DNA of 58,509 nucleotides, the filler included, from Dugesia japonica (taxonomy: Eukaryota), in NCBI GenBank assembly GCA_001938525.1. It is 5 parts of 5 records of this genome, joined end to end, with 100 filler letters (N's around TTAATTAATTAA, not from the genome) between each part and the next. Parts side by side here need not be neighbours in the genome. Positions count along the whole stretch, not along the records: positions 47,440 to 58,509 come from MQRL01639309.1; 4 more parts are not named here. One strand, written 5' to 3'. The notes under the pieces were generated by a model, which did no database searches, had not been told where the DNA came from, and saw only the letters and a list, made by a program, of their open reading frames with translations. Shown in pieces: positions 52,786-58,509 of this stretch. The translations under genes and the position numbers were made by a program. Position 1 is the first letter of the stretch. Every line of letters starts with the position of its first letter.

Positions 52786-54253
52786 ATGATAATAATCGTG
52801 TTAATAATAAGAGTAATCAATGGAGAGGAATGCTACGATTATGAAGATGTACATACAGAACATCAAGTATATTTAAAGAGATTCGAGTTAAAGATACAGA
52901 CAATAATGAGAAAAGGACTGAGACGCGTTTTGATAAAAGGAGGTCATTATACGAAAACGGAATATGGAGCTCCATTTACATGGGTACAACCTGGCATACA
53001 GGTAAAAGGTCGAGCAATGATTGTAAAGATATTCAGAGAATCTTGTCAAGTAAATCTTGAGGTAACAGGAGAAAAACCACAAGAAGTACGATTAATACAA
53101 TATCAAGGAGTATATGGAAATCCATACCGATAAGAAACGTGGACTTTAAGTTATCACAAAGATTCGGGAATGTTCGAAGTGTTAAGAATCTTTAGTATAT
53201 ATTACAAGAATTATTTCCACATTCTATATTCAGGACGAGATTGGAACAAATCAATATGGGGGAAATGAGAGATATTGTGTAAAGAAACAAGTATCGTATA
53301 TATCACACTTATAGAAATTTACACCGGAAGGAGTGCATGAAGTACTTTGGACAAAACGAGGAAGAATGTTTGAAGAAAAACGAAGCGATATACCTTACAG
53401 CAGGAGAAGTGCGCTTGGAGTTCAGATAAATTGGACAGGAAAACCTGTGGAATTATCAGTGTTGCGAGAAGGAAAACAAAATATGAGAATTGGATATTAT
53501 CTATCTTTTAAAGATTGGACAAACTGTAATTTGTTATTAGAATATAAATGGGATGACAACCAACGAGAATTAAAACGCAAAATACATTTGGGATATGGTA
53601 AATGGTTCGAAGTGGAATATATGATAGAGTGGGAGCTGCCACCAGATAAAACGACAAAACAAGTCACGAATCCAAGAGTCACATCAAGAATGACAAGCGA
53701 ACCAATACTGACAACAAAGTTAACCAGTAAACCGAAAACGACATGGGGTCGACAGATAACAAAGCCAGAAACAGCAGAGAAGAATAAAGTAAATAACATT
53801 ACAGAAAACAATACAACCCCGTAAAGGATAAGGACCAAAGTGAATCAACAGGAAACTAGAGTGAAAACGAACAAAAATCAGAAACCTTGATAAGAGTGCT
53901 GAATAAAGAAGAAAAGAAATTATCAAAAAATTAATGGAAAATATGGCAAAAGCTAACGAGATAAAAATCCAAACAGATGACTTAAAGTAACTAGAGGATA
54001 TAATGAAGACGATGACAATACCGTAAACAGATGTTGGATGGTTAATGAGACTGATTAGAGATGCGGAGGAATAATAGCGGTAATGGTGTTAGTAATTACA
54101 GTTCTTTTGAATGTCAAAGTGAGAAAAAAGCAATAAGCGAGACCAAAGATTCGTAATAAATTGTTAGAATTAACAGACAAATATTTACATTCACTCAAAG
54201 CAATGGTGAGGACCGGTTCCTCTGAGAGGAGGGCGGGCGGAGATATTTGGTAA
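52786..54253 (+). pseudogene. Large type I membrane glycoprotein, env-like architecture
   Basis: Signal peptide MIIIVLIIRVING; ectodomain read through stops and a frameshift; Thr/Pro-rich stalk with NIT and NNT sequons; TM IIAVMVLVITVLL + KVRKK (~54070-54130). Confidence 0.55.
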
Positions 54254-54612
54254 TGAGAGGAGAGAGAAAATTGTTTAAATAACTTGAACTCGAAATGTAA
54301 TAGTAGAGTGTAGTGTAGTATAAACAATGTATATGGATCACAATTACTTTTGAGAAAACGAGAATTGCAAAATGAGCGTTTTGTGAGAAAAGAGAACCCG
54401 AATAAAAGAGAGATGTAAAGCAAAGTGAAGGCGGGGAGGTGATCGCAGATATTTAAATTATTACATATAAAATTACTAGAACAAGTTAAAATTGTAAATA
54501 ACTATAAAAATCAGACAGAGATGATGCTAGCCCAGCTCAAAATTATTATCTAATGAATCGATTATACTAATAAACTCTTATCTTGATAAAATTGACAATT
54601 TTATATTACAGA

Positions 54613-55410
54613 ATGGCATCTAGACTATATTACGAAAACCAAATTATGAGATGGAAGCATCAATTTGCCGCAACCCAGGCAACCCAACAACTAGCAGATG
54701 ACATTCAAAAAAATAAAATTATCGAGCTAAAAAGAAGTGTTCATTATTGGAAAAATCAATGTTTAAAGAACGGGAGTGAATTTAAAGAGTTTAAATTATT
54801 ATTGAGACAAGAACGAAAAAAATTAAACGTTTTATTAAACGAACAAAGAACGTTGATAAAATGGAATCAAAAGAAAGCCAAAATGTTAGAGCTAACGATC
54901 GCAAATAACAATTTAGTCAGAACACAGGCTCAACGAGTATATTTTGAAAGAACTCATAGAAAAATTTAAGGTAAAGAAAGTTATGAGATTGAGAGTAAAA
55001 GATAGAAGAAAGCGTATGAGGAAAGTCGTACAGTTATTCAGAATCTAGAAAACAGCAACAAATATCCGATACAGGCAAATGAACAATTAAATAAAGAGAA
55101 GGAAGAAAATGAGAATCTTATTATCGAAAATGTCGAGCTAACAAACGAGTATAGAAAATGGAGAAGCAGATATGAGAAATTAAAAAATTTACCCATTTCA
55201 GTAATGCTACCCCCAAGAAGCCAGCCCAACAAACTAATCAGACCCAATTAACTTCAATCAGAACGATCTTTATCATTGGAAATTAATTATTTGGAGCAAC
55301 AATCGCAACAAAGACGAAACGTTTTTTGAATTCTAGAGGTTCCAATGCCCGAACCTTCAATCAAATGGCCCTTATCAGAATCTGATAAAATTCTCTTCTG
55401 GGGTCGTTAA
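54613..55410 (+). pseudogene. Coiled-coil protein pseudo-ORF (266 codons, 4 internal stops)
   Basis: One frame from acag|A-ATG to TAA 55408-55410 with no frameshift; E/K/Q/L-rich. Confidence 0.55.
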
Positions 55411-57634
55411 ACACAGCCTCGAACATTGTAAAAATTGTAGCTATAATTGATATGTTTTCTTCTAGCAGTTATATATTTCACCATATATTGTTAGCAGTTC
55501 TATGCTGCATCAATTCCTAATCCAACCCGAACAGATCTTGACGATCTCAAGTAGAATTCCTAAATTTTGTTTACCTAGAAGGAAATCCCGGCTGTCCTCT
55601 ATCGAAATTGATTCTACACATTCTAATTTTCTTCGGAGATCTTACATCGTGACAGTGTAAATATTTCGATTTTAATTATGTAATACAACCCTGGCTATCC
55701 CGTATCAGCATCATGCAGTTTTCAAAATTTTAATACCTGCAAGCATCCCGGCTATTTTGCAATAACATCGTAAATATCTCAATTTTCTAGTATCAAATTT
55801 CCAGCTACCAATGACTCTTTAGTTCGATTAGATAAAAATCAACCTTTTCAAACTGGAAGCGAAATCTCAGCTTCTCTAGAATAATTCCCGAGACCAATCA
55901 GCAGCAAATCCCTATCAGAATCTTGAAAGATATTCCAGAGTATCTGCGACAAAACTTCCTCGTCGTACTACGAATTCCAATGATCCAGAGAAGTAGTAAC
56001 ATTATATACTAACTTTAATTGTGGGAAAATTGTGATTTAGTTGACAATAATTTTGTGATCCATAACTGAACATTTAACTGCTTATATTTTGCTAACGTAG
56101 ATTTATATTAAAAGTATTTTATTAATTTGCTTATTTCTTTAGTTTTTTTCTGTTATGACCAATGAGAAATCTTGTCTGATAGGATCTTTTTCAACCAACA
56201 TCACCAACGAGAAATATTGAAATGAGAAGTAAAGAACTCAGTGAATTCGATTGATGAAGAAGAAATGTAAAAAGAAGAAATTTAGAGAATTCCGGGGCGG
56301 AATTTTTTGTGGGCCCCAATTAATTTGTTTGGCTGAAACAGACCAGTTAATAAAAAAAATATTAAAACTAAACGAAGCAGTGAAAAGAGGAGACAATAAG
56401 ATTCACGATTAAATGAAGTAATAAAAGAAAATAAGAAAAAGTAAAGCGATAATAAAGAATAAAATAAAATAGCAGCTTCAATAAATTGATAGCTTAAATT
56501 AAAATTAAATTAAATTAATGACAATGAGAGAATTCAGCAGAAAATAATAATTAGAATAAAAGAAACAAATAAACCTAGCTCATCGAAATAGATCAAAAGC
56601 TAGAAAATAATAAGAAAAGTTAAGAATTAATTAATGAGAAGGAATTAAATAAACTCAGAAACCAATGATTATTAAAATATAATAAAAGGGGACATTAATA
56701 ATTGAAAGTGCTCACGAAAATGATAAACCGATTAAAGAAAGTAAATGATAAATTCAGAGATAAAATAATAATAATGAAATACTAAATGAAGATCATGAAA
56801 GGAAAAGAATAATAATAATAAATTAATTAATGAATACTTTATACAAGAAATGTTAAAGGAAGAAAATAAATAAATCAAAAAACGATTAAATGCTCGAAGA
56901 AATAATAATCAATAAATTAAAAGCACAAAAGCTCAAATGATATAAATGTGGCTCACGAAATAAAAAAAATTCGAATTAAATTTATAAATTATGTCAGAAA
57001 ATGGTAAATAAGAAATAGTAAATGCAATGAAATCGAAAATAGAATTGGAATATATTATTATTTATAATTATATATATGTTATAAAAGTAGAAATACGCTG
57101 GTAATTAGAAAATAATAAAATTAATAGTTTTAAAAAGTATAATTAAAACAAAAGTAATTTGTATTAAAAGATTTTATTAAAATCGAACAGAATTACGATA
57201 AAATAGATAGGAAATAAATGAGTATTATAATTATAGTTAAAAACGTTATCAAAATTATTATAATGCCATAAGGAAAAATCATATCATTGTAATAAAGTAT
57301 TAAAATAATTAGAAAGTAAAAAATATTATTATTTTGTAATAAATATTATTAAATTTATTATTATCAGTTAAATATTGTTATTTACAAAGAAAGAGTTAGA
57401 ATCTAGAAATCAGAATTAGATTCAAGGAAAGATCATAATAAATTATGTTGTATTTATATATATACATATATATAAAATTATTTATCAGTTACGATGTAAT
57501 ATACCTTTTTTATCTTTGCAGAACAGGAAAACCAAGTTTTATTTTTTTCTGTGAAAAATATTATTATTTTTCAGAAACTGTGGATAAACACTGATGAGCA
57601 AGATAAAACTAATGCATAATTTTATCAATGACAC

Positions 57635-57975
57635 TTTGTATTCGGTGAACACTAAACATACTTATTACTGTCTACAAATAATAACATGTATATCGGATGA
57701 GCACCGAGAAACACCGTGGTCAATAAAATTTATGATGCTGATTGAGCACCGTTATTTATATGTAAAATAAAATTTATATGAAAATGAACGAGCATAATCT
57801 GAAAAATAAAAATGGCTAAATATAGTCATTTATGTAGAATCTGCGGGTAAGCACCGCATGGTTCTGTAATTTAAAGTAGACACCCACACGACGTATCAAG
57901 ATATAATGCAAAGAAAATTACTATAAAAACACAACTTACTAAACTAAAATCATCTTAAATCTCTTTTAAAAGTTG
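57635..57975. repeat. Motif-repeat region, inverted homolog of 46690-47125
   Basis: gagcaccg / taagcaccgc motifs; aagtagacacccacac. Confidence 0.8.
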
Positions 57976-57989
57976 TGACGCTTATTCAC

Positions 57990-58509
57990 TTAGGTCTTGT
58001 TTGTGGGAGAATCAGTTTTGTTTTTTGATTTTTCAGTTTTGTTTTCATCTTTTTTCTTCAATCCTATGGTCCAATAGATGGCTGTAGGGGGTAATTCTAC
58101 TCGTAGTGGTATTGATGTTATAGGTTCTAATGTGTCCATTTTTGGATCAAGATTATAATCTTTTGTGGGTTTNNNNNNNNNNNNNNNNNNNNNNNNNNNC
58201 TTGAGATGAATGTACGCTTGTCGTATCCATTCAATTCTGTTATTATTAGTGGGTACTGCAGTATGATTCATTGACCATATCATGTCTTGTATTCTGAGTT
58301 GAAATCTTACAGGCTTTAATATAGCTTCAACAAACAATATTTATCCGATGTTTCGTTGTGTTTGGATTTTTTACTAGATTCTGGTGCCACTTTCTTTCGG
58401 CTATATCTCTATATTCTATGATGTGCCTCTGATCTATGTGGAGGCTAGCTAGTTTCTTTTCTAGATCGTAACCGATCAATATTTTCCCATATAGCATTTG
58501 TCTGGCTTG
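57990..58509 (-). pseudogene. DEDDh (REX4/ISG20-like) exonuclease C-terminal half, frameshifted; runs off the window
   Basis: QMLYGKILIGYDLEKKLASLHID...YRDIA resembles LxGxILVGHxLxxDLxxL...RDT; later IQ...NHTAV resembles IQ...HSSVED. Confidence 0.45.

Noticed and set aside
51101-54423. Hydrophobic Phe/Leu-rich minus-strand ORFs
   Set aside because: Antisense shadows of the A-rich plus-strand coding sequence.
8653-55410. Alternative genetic code suggested by many in-frame TAA/TAG codons
   Set aside because: TGA stops and frameshifts are also common in the same relics, and the intact-looking RDH gene ends in TAA; ordinary pseudogene decay explains it.

Overview
Very AT-rich eukaryotic draft-assembly DNA, probably an invertebrate. 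A planarian or other flatworm is plausible but cannot be shown from this window. Four identical artificial 100-bp spacers (44 N + TTAATTAATTAA + 44 N) cut the window into five segments whose adjacency is unproven. Most of the recognisable sequence is decayed transposons: six fragments of related Ty3/gypsy LTR retrotransposons, Penelope-like elements with hammerhead-ribozyme motifs, a NeSL/Utopia-like RLE non-LTR element, and mariner, pogo/Tigger, piggyBac and Merlin remnants. The only convincing host gene is an RDH11/12/13-like short-chain dehydrogenase (39025-40039). The unexplained DNA looks like relics of large, accessory-gene-rich viral or retroelement genomes. It includes (i) mini-ORFs that begin at a splice-acceptor-like AG followed by TG (possible splice-created ATG), several ending near an AATAAA; (ii) a tightly packed array of a C4 zinc finger, a Trp-rich protein, small membrane proteins and an env-like type I glycoprotein, followed by a polypurine tract; (iii) a chuvirus-glycoprotein-like fragment; and (iv) a DEDDh exonuclease-like remnant. 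All family calls come from motifs read by eye; no database search was run.
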